64,000 nt of DNA from Planctomycetota bacterium (GTDB lineage Bacteria; Planctomycetota; Planctomycetia; Pirellulales; Lacipirellulaceae), in contig JBCCXZ010000007.1 of the NCBI GenBank assembly GCA_039190745.1, positions 1 to 64,000 of the forward strand, in the 5' to 3' direction. The position numbers and the translations under genes are program-made. The notes under the pieces were generated by a model. It did not search any database and was not told where the DNA came from. It saw only the letters and a program-made list of their open reading frames with translations. Positions 1 through 8,568 of the stretch are shown piece by piece. Position 1 is the stretch's first letter. Every line of letters starts with the position of its first letter.

Positions 1-512
1 CCCGAGATGGTCGGAGCCGCCCACGGCGTCGCCAGCACGTCCTGGGTGTGCTGCACCGTCCGGCCGTACGAGTACGGCACCGTGTAAGCCACGTAGACCT
101 CGTCCTGCGTGAAGACCGTGTCGTCGCGGAAGTTGAAACGCCCGCCGCTGAGGAAATTGCTGTCGAAGAATTCCCAATTCTCGTTGTCGTAGGAGAACAC
201 CATCGGGTGGTTGGTCAGCAGCGAAGAACCGCCCGCGAAGCCGTCGTCGATCGAGAACTGCGGCCGCTGGCCCTGCACGCCGCTGGCCTTGAAGTAAACC
301 CAACGCCACGCGTCCCCGCCGTAGAAGTTGTCGCGGCCGACGATGTCGATCACCGGCCCCCGGCCGCTGCGTTGGCTCCACGATTCGAGCGACCCGTGGT
401 CGAAATTCGCGTCGAGCGTGATCTGCGCTTCGGCGGGGCAGTCTGCCAAAGCGGCGAAGATCAAGCAGCTGAAGCCAAGCAGAGCACGGCCGTGGAGCGA
501 GGAATGAGACAT
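1..512 (-). CDS. Secreted M14-type zinc carboxypeptidase-like protein, 5' part only (runs off the window edge)
   Basis: Not in the ORF track. Manual translation from ATG at 512: MSHSSLHGRALLGFSCLIFAALADCPAEAQITLDANFDHGSL...WRWVYFKASG...VFSYDNENW...VYVAYTVPYSY. Signal peptide plus NFDxGSL / WxYF / YVAYxxPY motifs typical of the M14 N-terminal domain; the catalytic part lies outside the window. Confidence 0.6.
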   Translation of the reverse strand, partial: MSHSSLHGRALLGFSCLIFAALADCPAEAQITLDANFDHGSLESWSQRSGRGPVIDIVGRDNFYGGDAWRWVYFKASGVQGQRPQFSIDDGFAGGSSLLTNHPMVFSYDNENWEFFDSNFLSGGRFNFRDDTVFTQDEVYVAYTVPYSYGRTVQHTQDVLATPWAAPTIS

Positions 513-647
513 CGTACGACGTACTCCGCAGGTAGGGGTGGCGCCACAGAAGGTGGGCAGGCGGCGGCGTGGCGGGCCGCGGTTCCGGTAGCCATAGCGT
601 ACTGCGTCGCCAAACTCGACGCAACGAAACAGCAGGCCCCCCGCCGG

Positions 648-2309
648 CTAGCGAACACTCCGCATCTGACGCAGCTTGTTCAGGCTCTGCTGCGCCTGCT
701 CGAAGTCCGGCTTCAGCTCGACCGCACGGCCCCAAGCACGCTCGGCGCCGGACCAATCCTGCCGGTTCGCGAGCACGTTCCCCAACGCAAACCAACACGC
801 CTCGTAGCTGGGGTCGAGCTCAAGGCTCCGACGCAGCTGCTCCTCCGCGAGTTCGAGCTTCCCTTGCGTGAGGTAGACAGCGCCCAAGCCGTAATGGGGG
901 AACGCCATGTCCGGCGCCAATCGCTGCACCTCAACAAAGTGCTTGGCCGCGGCTTCCATCTGCTGGGCCTTACCCCAATGCCGAGCGAACTGAAGCATCA
1001 ACCGGGCTTCGTTCTCCCGGGAAACCTGATCGACCCGCGTGTCCGAGATCGACCTGCCGGGTACAAACGCGGCACGGCGCTTCACCTCCGAGTACTCCGC
1101 CTCACGAGCGACCGCCGCGTCCGCAACGACCGTGTCGACCGAGACGCGGCCCTTGTAGACCGCCGCGAGCCTGCCCTCGCCGTCGATGAGGAAACTCGTC
1201 GGCACCGCCAGCTTCTTCGAGAAAGGCATCAGCGTCAGTCGGATGTGTTCCAGGTCTTCTTGCAACCGCCGCGTCGCGAGCCCGCCTACGAACGGGAAGC
1301 CGATCCGTTCGAGCAGTTTCTCCTTTGCCGCCGGCGTCGATGCCTGGTCATTCCCCCCTTCAACCGCCAACGCATAAACCTCGATGCCTGCCGCACGAAA
1401 CTCTTCGGCTTGTTCGGTGAAATCAGCCAACTCGATCAGGCACGGCTTGCACCAGGTTGCCCAGAGATTAATCAAGACCGGCTTGCCCTCGCCGAGCGGC
1501 AGCCGACGCCGAACTCCCTTGAGTGTTCGGTAGCTGGCTTCCGGGAGGAATGGCCTCACACGCAGGAGGGTCCGCCCGGCGCTGAGCGCCGGGCGCGCCT
1601 GGGGACGCGACGGCGAGAGTGCCGTCACGCGGCTGCCGTCGATCTCCGACTTCACAATCGCAGCGGCGCCCTGCGGTGCACTCGCCTGGGAGATCGTCAC
1701 ACGTTGGTTTACACCAACAGAATCTAACTCGTCGACCGTGCCGTCAGGCCAACGCACCTTCAACGCAACCGGCCCGCCGGTATCGCCGAGCCCGAAGTGG
1801 AGCCACTTGCTCGACTGAGAAAGGAAGCCCTCGCCAGCCCGCAGACCGCGGACGGTCCGCAGCCCGCCCGGAGCGGCTCCAGACACAACCTCCGCCCGGG
1901 CGCCGATGGCGTCGCGGTTCGAGGTGACTCCGTTCCCGACCAGCTTAACAGCGAGCCAACCGCTCGCCACTGAGGAATCGTTCCGCAGGAACCGTAACCG
2001 GGGCGCGTTACGGTTGCTGAACCAGAGATCGAGGTCGCCGTCTTGGTCCCAATCGACCAACGCCAGGCCGCGGCCGTCGTCGGGGAAGTCGAGGCCGGTG
2101 ACCGCGGAGACGGTAGCGAATGGCCTGATCCCGCCCGCTTCTTCAGAGACGCCGGTGTTCAAGAAGGCGCAGTGCGGTTCCCGACCGCTGAACGATCGCC
2201 CCCCCTTAAGCATGTGCGACTGCATCGCGTGCGCTTGGTTGACGCCCCGCTCGCCCAGTTGGCCCCTTTCATCGGCTGTTCGCGACACGACCTGCCGCCA
2301 GAAGAAACT
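648..2309 (-). CDS. FG-GAP repeat + ASPIC/UnbV + TlpA-like redoxin + TPR region; probably the C-terminal half of a readthrough protein that starts at 4304
   Basis: DDGRGLALVDWDQDGDLDL (FG-GAP), NRDAIGARAEV...GEGFLSQSSKWLHFGLG (UnbV/ASPIC), LINLWATWCKPC (thioredoxin fold), C-terminal TPRs. The frame is open right up to the TGA at 2310-2312; the track start is GTG 2288. Confidence 0.85.
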   Translation of the reverse strand, partial: SFFWRQVVSRTADERGQLGERGVNQAHAMQSHMLKGGRSFSGREPHCAFLNTGVSEEAGGIRPFATVSAVTGLDFPDDGRGLALVDWDQDGDLDLWFSNRNAPRLRFLRNDSSVASGWLAVKLVGNGVTSNRDAIGARAEVVSGAAPGGLRTVRGLRAGEGFLSQSSKWLHFGLGDTGGPVALKVRWPDGTVDELDSVGVNQRVTISQASAPQGAAAIVKSEIDGSRVTALSPSRPQARPALSAGRTLLRVRPFLPEASYRTLKGVRRRLPLGEGKPVLINLWATWCKPCLIELADFTEQAEEFRAAGIEVYALAVEGGNDQASTPAAKEKLLERIGFPFVGGLATRRLQEDLEHIRLTLMPFSKKLAVPTSFLIDGEGRLAAVYKGRVSVDTVVADAAVAREAEYSEVKRRAAFVPGRSISDTRVDQVSRENEARLMLQFARHWGKAQQMEAAAKHFVEVQRLAPDMAFPHYGLGAVYLTQGKLELAEEQLRRSLELDPSYEACWFALGNVLANRQDWSGAERAWGRAVELKPDFEQAQQSLNKLRQMRSVR

Positions 2310-2312
2310 TCA
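2276..2312 (-). promoter_or_regulatory. In-frame UGA plus putative bacterial SECIS element
   Basis: mRNA UGA-AGUUUCUUCUG-GCGGCA-GGUCG-UGUCGC: 6-bp stem at +12..+17/+23..+28, G-initiated loop at +18; CUG(+9..+11)/CAG(+32..+34) can extend the stem. Confidence 0.55.
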
Positions 2313-4304
2313 CAAGTCGCTGGTGTCTTCAGTCGTGACGTAGCCGTTGGCGACTACCAAGTCTTCCCAGCCGTCGTTGTTGATATCCGCAAAAGCAGAC
2401 CCCCACGCCCAGCGTCCGAGTGTGACGTCGGCCTGATCGCTCACGTCCCGGAATGTTCCATCGCCCCCATTCTCAAGGAGCGTGTTACCCTTGGCGAAGC
2501 GTTGGAGACGCTCGCGGGCCGTCTTCGAGCCCGGCTTAAACTTCTCGGAGTGGGTCACCCGGTTGCCGGCGGAGCTCCACATGTTGGAAACGTACACGTC
2601 CATCTGCCCGTCGCGGTTGGGGTCACCCCAGGTGACCGCCATGCCGTTGGCGCCGGGGTCGGCGCCGGCCTCGTCGGACGCGTACGTGAAGCGGAGTTCC
2701 CCGGTCTCTGCCAGCTCATTCCGGTAGAACGCATCGCGGCCGTAGTCGTTCGCGACGTAAAGGTCGGGGTCCCCGTCCGAATCGTAGTCTTCGAAGACTC
2801 CGGCGAAGCTGTAACGCGTGTTGTTCACGCCGAGCCCCGAAGACCGGGTCGCGTCGGTGAATCGCCAGCCGCCCTCGTTGAGCAGCAGCACGTTGCGGCC
2901 GCCGTTGTTGGCATCGTGGTACACAAAGTCCGAATACTCTTCGTCATTGAAGTGCGAGAGCTTCGGTTGGAGAAACTCCTCGTAATAACCGCAGACGTAC
3001 AGGTCGAGGTCGCCGTCGAGATCGACGTCTGCGGCGGAGAGAGACATCGTGTCGTCGTCGACCTCCGAGACAGCGGCTACCTGGAACCGACCGGTTCCGT
3101 CGTTCTCGGCCAGCACCACGGCTCCGATCACTGCAACGGCGAGGTCTTGGTCGCCGTCGTTGTCCAGGTCGACCAGAAGCGCCGATCGACTGTCTTCCAA
3201 CCAATCGACGCCCGATTCGGCAGAAACGTCCCAAGCCGAGCCGTCTTTTTGCTGTAAGAAAAGCCTGTTAGGGAGGCCGATTCCCTGGCAGGCGTAGAGG
3301 TCGTCCAGCCCATCGCCGTTCGCGTCGCCGACCGCAATGCCCGGGTAGGCGATGAACTCGGCCCCTCGATTCTCTTCCAGGTTCATCAGCCAGTGGTTGT
3401 GGCCGTAGACGAGTTGCTCCTCCCAACAATCGTTGCCCGCGAGAACGGACTCTGTGCAATCCGAGAACAGCGGACCGCTCGCACTCCGCGTCTTCACGAC
3501 CTCGAGCGTATCGGAAGTGATCCGTTCAATGCGGGGACCTCGGCCGTCGCCGCCGGGGACCCACAAGATGGTCCACACCGTGCGTTGCTCGACCATGCCG
3601 CCGTCGACCTTGCCGGACAGTGTCACGACCTGCTTCGTTACTGCCTTACCGTCCGCGGCGGAGACCCGGATGATCTTCGCCTTGAAATGAGGGTGCGCGC
3701 AGCCCGCGAGCGGTGCAGCGAACCTGATCAGGGCCTCGCGGAGCGCATGCGGGCCAGAAAACTCGGAGGAAACCGGCTCCCCGCTAGCCCGGCGGACCAC
3801 AAACAACCCGTCGTCGAGGACAGCGGAGGCATCCGCGTCTGTTAGCACCGCGGCCTTGGTTTCTTCAACAGTCATCGGCAGCAGTGCATCGACGCCGATC
3901 TCCTCGGGCTCATGCAGAAGCTCACCGATCCGGTTCAGCCTCTTCTGGGTTACGTTTGCCAGCGCCTCGATCAGCCAGCCGTCTTTCTCTGGATCGTCAA
4001 GTGCTTCCCATCCGCTAGGCGGACGAACGGCCGAAGGTTCGATGCTCACCTCCGGCTTGGATCCCGAACCGACATTCTCTTCAGTGCGAGAAGGCTTGTT
4101 GGACTCACTAGGCCCGCTCGGTGTTTTGTTGCCTACTAGGCGTTGGTCGACTTTGCTGCAGGACGAAAGCAAAAGTGAAAACGCGAACAACCAGCAACAA
4201 GCCGCTCGCGGAGCGAGCAAGCAGAGTCCAACTAATCGAAGCACACGGCTACGTAGAACCGCACGCCGCCTTCGCGGCACATGAGACGCGATTCTTTCAG
4301 GCAT
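2310..4304 (-). CDS. FG-GAP/VCBS-repeat (CRTAC1-like) lipoprotein; N-terminal half of the interrupted gene
   Basis: Basic then hydrophobic N-terminus ending in a lipobox LSSC; repeated DxNxDGxxDL motifs (GDANGDGLDDL, DLDNDGDQDL, DVDLDGDLDL, DYDSDGDPDL, DPNRDGQMDV, DINNDGWEDL). Start chosen at ATG 4304. Confidence 0.85.
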   Translation of the reverse strand: MPERIASHVPRRRRAVLRSRVLRLVGLCLLAPRAACCWLFAFSLLLSSCSKVDQRLVGNKTPSGPSESNKPSRTEENVGSGSKPEVSIEPSAVRPPSGWEALDDPEKDGWLIEALANVTQKRLNRIGELLHEPEEIGVDALLPMTVEETKAAVLTDADASAVLDDGLFVVRRASGEPVSSEFSGPHALREALIRFAAPLAGCAHPHFKAKIIRVSAADGKAVTKQVVTLSGKVDGGMVEQRTVWTILWVPGGDGRGPRIERITSDTLEVVKTRSASGPLFSDCTESVLAGNDCWEEQLVYGHNHWLMNLEENRGAEFIAYPGIAVGDANGDGLDDLYACQGIGLPNRLFLQQKDGSAWDVSAESGVDWLEDSRSALLVDLDNDGDQDLAVAVIGAVVLAENDGTGRFQVAAVSEVDDDTMSLSAADVDLDGDLDLYVCGYYEEFLQPKLSHFNDEEYSDFVYHDANNGGRNVLLLNEGGWRFTDATRSSGLGVNNTRYSFAGVFEDYDSDGDPDLYVANDYGRDAFYRNELAETGELRFTYASDEAGADPGANGMAVTWGDPNRDGQMDVYVSNMWSSAGNRVTHSEKFKPGSKTARERLQRFAKGNTLLENGGDGTFRDVSDQADVTLGRWAWGSAFADINNDGWEDLVVANGYVTTEDTSDL

Positions 4305-4824
4305 GGTGAGAGAACTGGCGGGAGACAACGGCGGCGGGGAGCAATCCGATCCACACTGCCGGCCGACACTGCCTATCGAGCAATAGAGGTAGTGATCAAG
4401 GCATCGGACGGGATCGTAGCAGTCTACTTGGTATCTCGACACACGTGAAGAATCTAAGGAGGCAGGAGGAAGCCTGACATGCCGAGATGCTCGGGCCTAT
4501 AGACAACCGTTCTAGAATAATAGAGGAGACAAAGTAACTTCTCTCCAAGTGCTGCCGGCTCCGCCTGAAGCCAAGGGGTATAGCGGCGATCTGATTGGAA
4601 CCTCCTGTATAGGCGCACTGATAGCACGGGCGACCGAACCGGCAATAAATCTGGCTTTTGACCGAGCTCGTTCCATATTGTGGACTATCTCTTGAGTCCC
4701 TAAGCTCCAGCCCCACTCTGCCCATCCTACCCCCTCGGGCGACGTCGAAGTTGCGTGCAGGAGCGCAGTCCTTGCGCCCCCCTCTCGTGAATAGAGATGT
4801 TCCCATCACACTCAGGCAGCTCCG

Positions 4825-7149
4825 ATGACGGCTACCTCCTCTGAATTTGGGCCTGGCGTCCCTAGGCCCACCAAGCAGGCCCTCCATCGAGTTTTAGCTT
4901 GGCTGTTGATATCCGGCCTGATGTTGATTGCTCACACGGCAAAGGCAACCGAAGCCGAGTCCCCTAACTCCGGTTCGGAGCGATCGGTCACAGCGGAAGA
5001 ACTTCAAGGAGAACAAGCGGGTTGCGAAGCCCGTTTGAAGAGCCTTCATAAAGCGGTCGCCGAGCTCACTCAACAAGGGCACGAGCAGATTCCTCTCGAT
5101 CTCGGCCAAGAAATCGAACTATGGACTCGGCTCGAGTTAGTGCTCGCACAGAGACTGTCGCTTCTAGCACAAGTAGAGCCCTTGAAGCAGAAGAGGCAAG
5201 AGTTTGCAGACAAGTTAGAAAAGTTGCGACGCATAGGGCAAGAAGAGCCCGGGCCTTACTCGTTCCTCCAGCTAGACGAAATCCGAGACCAGTTGCGGGT
5301 TGAGCAAGAGAGTGGCGAGAGTATTCGCAGAGAGATCGCGACTGAGCGCACGCTAGTCACTTCCACTCGTGGTCAGTACGAAGCCCTCGAAGCTGTCCGT
5401 CGTCAAGAGAAAGAAGAGATTCAGTCCGCCACTGCACCCAAGCAACGCGAGGCGGCGGTCCGCACACACGAGCTCGCCCAGCTTACAAGTCGGGTCAGCG
5501 AAGCGGAACTAAAACACCACCGCGAGACCCTCAAGGTGATGAAGCTGCGGGCCGAGGCCTCGGACCTGCGAGCTCGCTACCTTGGGTTCCGGGTCGAGGT
5601 GCTGCGAGAACGCACGGTTTTCTCCCAAGAAGACCTCGACCGGCAGCTCGCTGTTTTTGATCTTGGGGAACAATCACTGCGCGAACACCTCAAACAGGTG
5701 CAGTCGAGGTTGCGCCGTCACTTGCGTTCCCGGCTTACACAGAGCCCATCACCGGAAGATTCGAGTGCCTCGGTCGGGCAGCACCTGCACCGCGTGGTGT
5801 GCGAGTCCGCTCAGCAAGAAGCACAACTGCTGCAGCAAGTACTCGAGGAGCTCGTCGTTGCGCGGGAGACCTGGCGTCGGCGCTTCGCACTCGCCAACGG
5901 ACAGGCCTCGCAAGAACAACTGGTTGTGTGGCGCCGCGAGACCGATACCGCCCTTGATCGGCTGGAGCACCTCGCCAGTCAGTGCAGGCTGCGCACCGCA
6001 CAGCTGCACAAGGAACGAACGGCGAAGCTAAGCACGATTACGGGTCAAGAAATCGAAGTCGATGCAGACATCAGCCACGGGAACGACACAGAGAGCCAAG
6101 AAGCTATCGGCCGGATCGTCGAGGTCTACGGCAACACACTAGTCCTGATCGAGAAAGGGCAAAGGCTCCACGGCCGGTTTGTTGAGGAACTCGAAGAGGA
6201 GCTCATACCCTCATCCCTGGCGGGAGTTGTCGATACGATTACCGCGCTAGGCGTCCATGCTTGGAAGTACGAACTCCTCGCCGTCGAGGACAGGCCCATC
6301 ACGGTGGGCAAGCTGACCAGCGGCGTCCTGTTAGTCCTGGTTGGTTGTTTGCTCGCGCGTTTGTTCAGCAGGTTTGTCGGGCGGCGTGTGCTGCCTAGGC
6401 TAGGTGTAAACCGTGGCGCGTCGACTGCAATCCAGAGCGTGTTGTTCTATGCGCTGTTGATCAGCGTGTTCTTCATCTCCCTCGAACTCGTCAATGTTCC
6501 CTTAACGATCTTTGCCTTCCTTGGCGGCGCCGTGGCGATCGGCCTCGGGTTTGGCAGCCAGAATATTCTCAACAATTTCATAAGCGGCCTCATCCTGCTT
6601 GTGGAACGGCCCATCCGCATGGGCGACCTGGTGAATGTCGACGGCATCGATGCCACTATCGAGAGGATAGGCGCCCGGAGCACACGGGTGCGGACCGGAG
6701 ACAACCTCGACATCCTGGTGCCCAACAGCAAGTTCCTAGAGAACAACGTCACAAACTGGACGCTTTCCGACACGCGGATCCGCAAGAAGGTGACCGTTGG
6801 GGTTGCCTACGGCTCACCAGTCGACCGGGTTGCACAGTTGCTCGAGAGCTGCGTTCTAGAAAATGAGCAAGTCCTGCCGACTCCGCACCCCATCGTTCTC
6901 TTTAAGGAGTTTGCGGACAACTCCCTGAACTTCGAGGTGCACTTCTGGATCCATATGCGGACGATTATGGAAGGCGCGATCGTCGAAAGCAGCATCCGCC
7001 ACGCCGTTGACGCGGCCTTTAGACAGGAAGGCATCACGATTGCATTCCCGCAACGCGACGTGCACCTGAACCTTGAGTCGGCGGTGCCGGTGCATCTCCT
7101 GCAGCCCGGCGAGGAGAAGCAGGCCGAGCCCTTCAGGCGGGCCGCCTGA
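4825..7149 (+). CDS. Large MscS/MscK-family mechanosensitive channel
   Basis: Signal peptide, long coiled-coil region, then GAVAIGLGFGSQNILNNFISGLILLVERPIRMGD, VPNS, VGVAYGS and IAFPQRDVH motifs. Confidence 0.93.
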   Translation: MTATSSEFGPGVPRPTKQALHRVLAWLLISGLMLIAHTAKATEAESPNSGSERSVTAEELQGEQAGCEARLKSLHKAVAELTQQGHEQIPLDLGQEIELWTRLELVLAQRLSLLAQVEPLKQKRQEFADKLEKLRRIGQEEPGPYSFLQLDEIRDQLRVEQESGESIRREIATERTLVTSTRGQYEALEAVRRQEKEEIQSATAPKQREAAVRTHELAQLTSRVSEAELKHHRETLKVMKLRAEASDLRARYLGFRVEVLRERTVFSQEDLDRQLAVFDLGEQSLREHLKQVQSRLRRHLRSRLTQSPSPEDSSASVGQHLHRVVCESAQQEAQLLQQVLEELVVARETWRRRFALANGQASQEQLVVWRRETDTALDRLEHLASQCRLRTAQLHKERTAKLSTITGQEIEVDADISHGNDTESQEAIGRIVEVYGNTLVLIEKGQRLHGRFVEELEEELIPSSLAGVVDTITALGVHAWKYELLAVEDRPITVGKLTSGVLLVLVGCLLARLFSRFVGRRVLPRLGVNRGASTAIQSVLFYALLISVFFISLELVNVPLTIFAFLGGAVAIGLGFGSQNILNNFISGLILLVERPIRMGDLVNVDGIDATIERIGARSTRVRTGDNLDILVPNSKFLENNVTNWTLSDTRIRKKVTVGVAYGSPVDRVAQLLESCVLENEQVLPTPHPIVLFKEFADNSLNFEVHFWIHMRTIMEGAIVESSIRHAVDAAFRQEGITIAFPQRDVHLNLESAVPVHLLQPGEEKQAEPFRRAA

Positions 7150-7154
7150 GCCGG

Positions 7155-8306
7155 TCAGGCTGCATTGCGTATCTGGTGAGTATCTTCGAGTACGACGGTG
7201 TGGTGCTGCTCCGGCTCGACGGCTCCTCCGGGCGTTTTCTTCGTTGCAAGCGTCGAGGGTCCAAACCAGCCTAAGCGGCGGAAGTAAAGCAGCATCAGCG
7301 CCGCCGTCGAGATCATCACGCCCAAAGCGATTGGGTACGACCAGTCGTACTGCAGCTCAGGCATATTCTTGAAATTCATGCCGTAGATGCCTGCAATGAA
7401 CGTCAGCGGCACAAAGACACTGGACATCATCGTCAACACCTTCATGATCTCGTTGCTGCGGTGTGAGAGCGATGACATGTAGGTGCTCACCAACGCTCCC
7501 GCAGATTCCCGGTACATCTCGATAACGTCCACGATCTGTGCGCAATGGCTGACCGTGTCTCGCATAAACACAGCGGTTTTCTTCGAGATGAGCGAAGCCT
7601 CGTCGGAGGACATCGACTCCAGAGCCTCACGCATCGGCCAGCTGCTCCTGCGGGCCCGGATGAGTTCTGTCCTTAGGGCGTGGATCGCTCGGAGCAGTTC
7701 TGGCTGGGGGTTTTCCAAGGCTTCATCTTCAAGCCGCTCCAATTCCTCTCCAAACCACTCAAGCACAGGGTAGTAACCGTCCACGACCAAGTCTGCAACT
7801 GCGTAAGCCAGGTAGTCCGAGCCGTTCTGACGGAGTCGAGAGTCTTGGCGTCGGAGTCGATTCCGCACCGCTTCTAGATACTGCGCGTCCTTGGAGTGAA
7901 GGGTGACAACGTAGTTGGGACCCAAGAGTAGGCTGAGTTGATCTGAACGCAGTTTGCCGTCCGACAGCAACTCCAGCGCGTGCAAGATAAGGAAGTTGCT
8001 CCCTTCGAGGACTTCCGCCGTTGGCCGCTGAGGGACGTTTACAATCGCCTCAACCGTGAGCGGCGAAAGCCGGAACCGTTCTGCAAGCACTCGGATCACT
8101 TCCGGGTCTTCGGTCCCCGAGATATCTATCCAGACTTGCTCACCCCGATTCGCGGGAATACGGATGTCCTCAACAGTCGCGTCACGCAGCTCCGTTAGCC
8201 CGCCAGGCGAGTACCGGACAATCCGGATTTCGGCCTCGCACGGCCTATTCTCGAAGACGAGAGTCCCGGGGCACGCCCCGGCATGAGGATTTCGCTTGCG
8301 GAACAT
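7155..8306 (-). CDS. corA: Magnesium/cobalt transporter CorA
   Basis: NEIMKVLT...PLTFIAGIYGMNF..MPEL signature and two C-terminal TM helices. Confidence 0.95.
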   Translation of the reverse strand: MFRKRNPHAGACPGTLVFENRPCEAEIRIVRYSPGGLTELRDATVEDIRIPANRGEQVWIDISGTEDPEVIRVLAERFRLSPLTVEAIVNVPQRPTAEVLEGSNFLILHALELLSDGKLRSDQLSLLLGPNYVVTLHSKDAQYLEAVRNRLRRQDSRLRQNGSDYLAYAVADLVVDGYYPVLEWFGEELERLEDEALENPQPELLRAIHALRTELIRARRSSWPMREALESMSSDEASLISKKTAVFMRDTVSHCAQIVDVIEMYRESAGALVSTYMSSLSHRSNEIMKVLTMMSSVFVPLTFIAGIYGMNFKNMPELQYDWSYPIALGVMISTAALMLLYFRRLGWFGPSTLATKKTPGGAVEPEQHHTVVLEDTHQIRNAA

Positions 8307-8407
8307 CTTCTTCCTGCGTGGAGTTAACGAAGCGGCTCACGGCAGAAAAAAGCGAATACCTTCGTTGTGAGGCCAAGTCAATATCGGCCCTGAGATTAAG
8401 ACAGCAG

Positions 8408-8491
8408 CGGAGGGCATGGGACTCGAACCCACAACCCCATAAAGGGGCACCTGAATTCCAATCAGGCTGCTAGCCAATTCGCTTACCCTCC
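8408..8491 (-). tRNA. tRNA-Ser (anticodon GGA), long variable arm, CCA not encoded
   Basis: GGAGGGT...GCCCTCC-G acceptor stem, anticodon arm CCTGA-TTGGAAT-TCAGG, variable arm GCCCC-TTTAT-GGGGT, T arm GTGGG-TTCGAGT-CCCAT. Confidence 0.92.
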
Positions 8492-8568
8492 AGGAACCCC
8501 TGCCGCAGAATCGGCCGGGGCCACTATTGAAGCTTCGGACGGCGGACTCCGCAATCCCCGATCGATTC

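Noticed and set aside
48..1727. 559-aa plus-strand ORF and other long antisense ORFs (e.g. 2043-3257, 8665-9636, 15003-16529, 58724-60097)
   Set aside because: Shadow frames of high-GC genes; no motifs, and they overlap well-supported CDS.
648..4304. Genome-wide UGA reassignment (code 4 or 25)
   Set aside because: Conserved genes such as rho, the MscS gene and leuD end at TGA at their expected C-termini.
8408..8491. tRNA near the UGA-containing gene as tRNA-Sec or a UGA suppressor
   Set aside because: The anticodon is GGA (Ser), not UCA.
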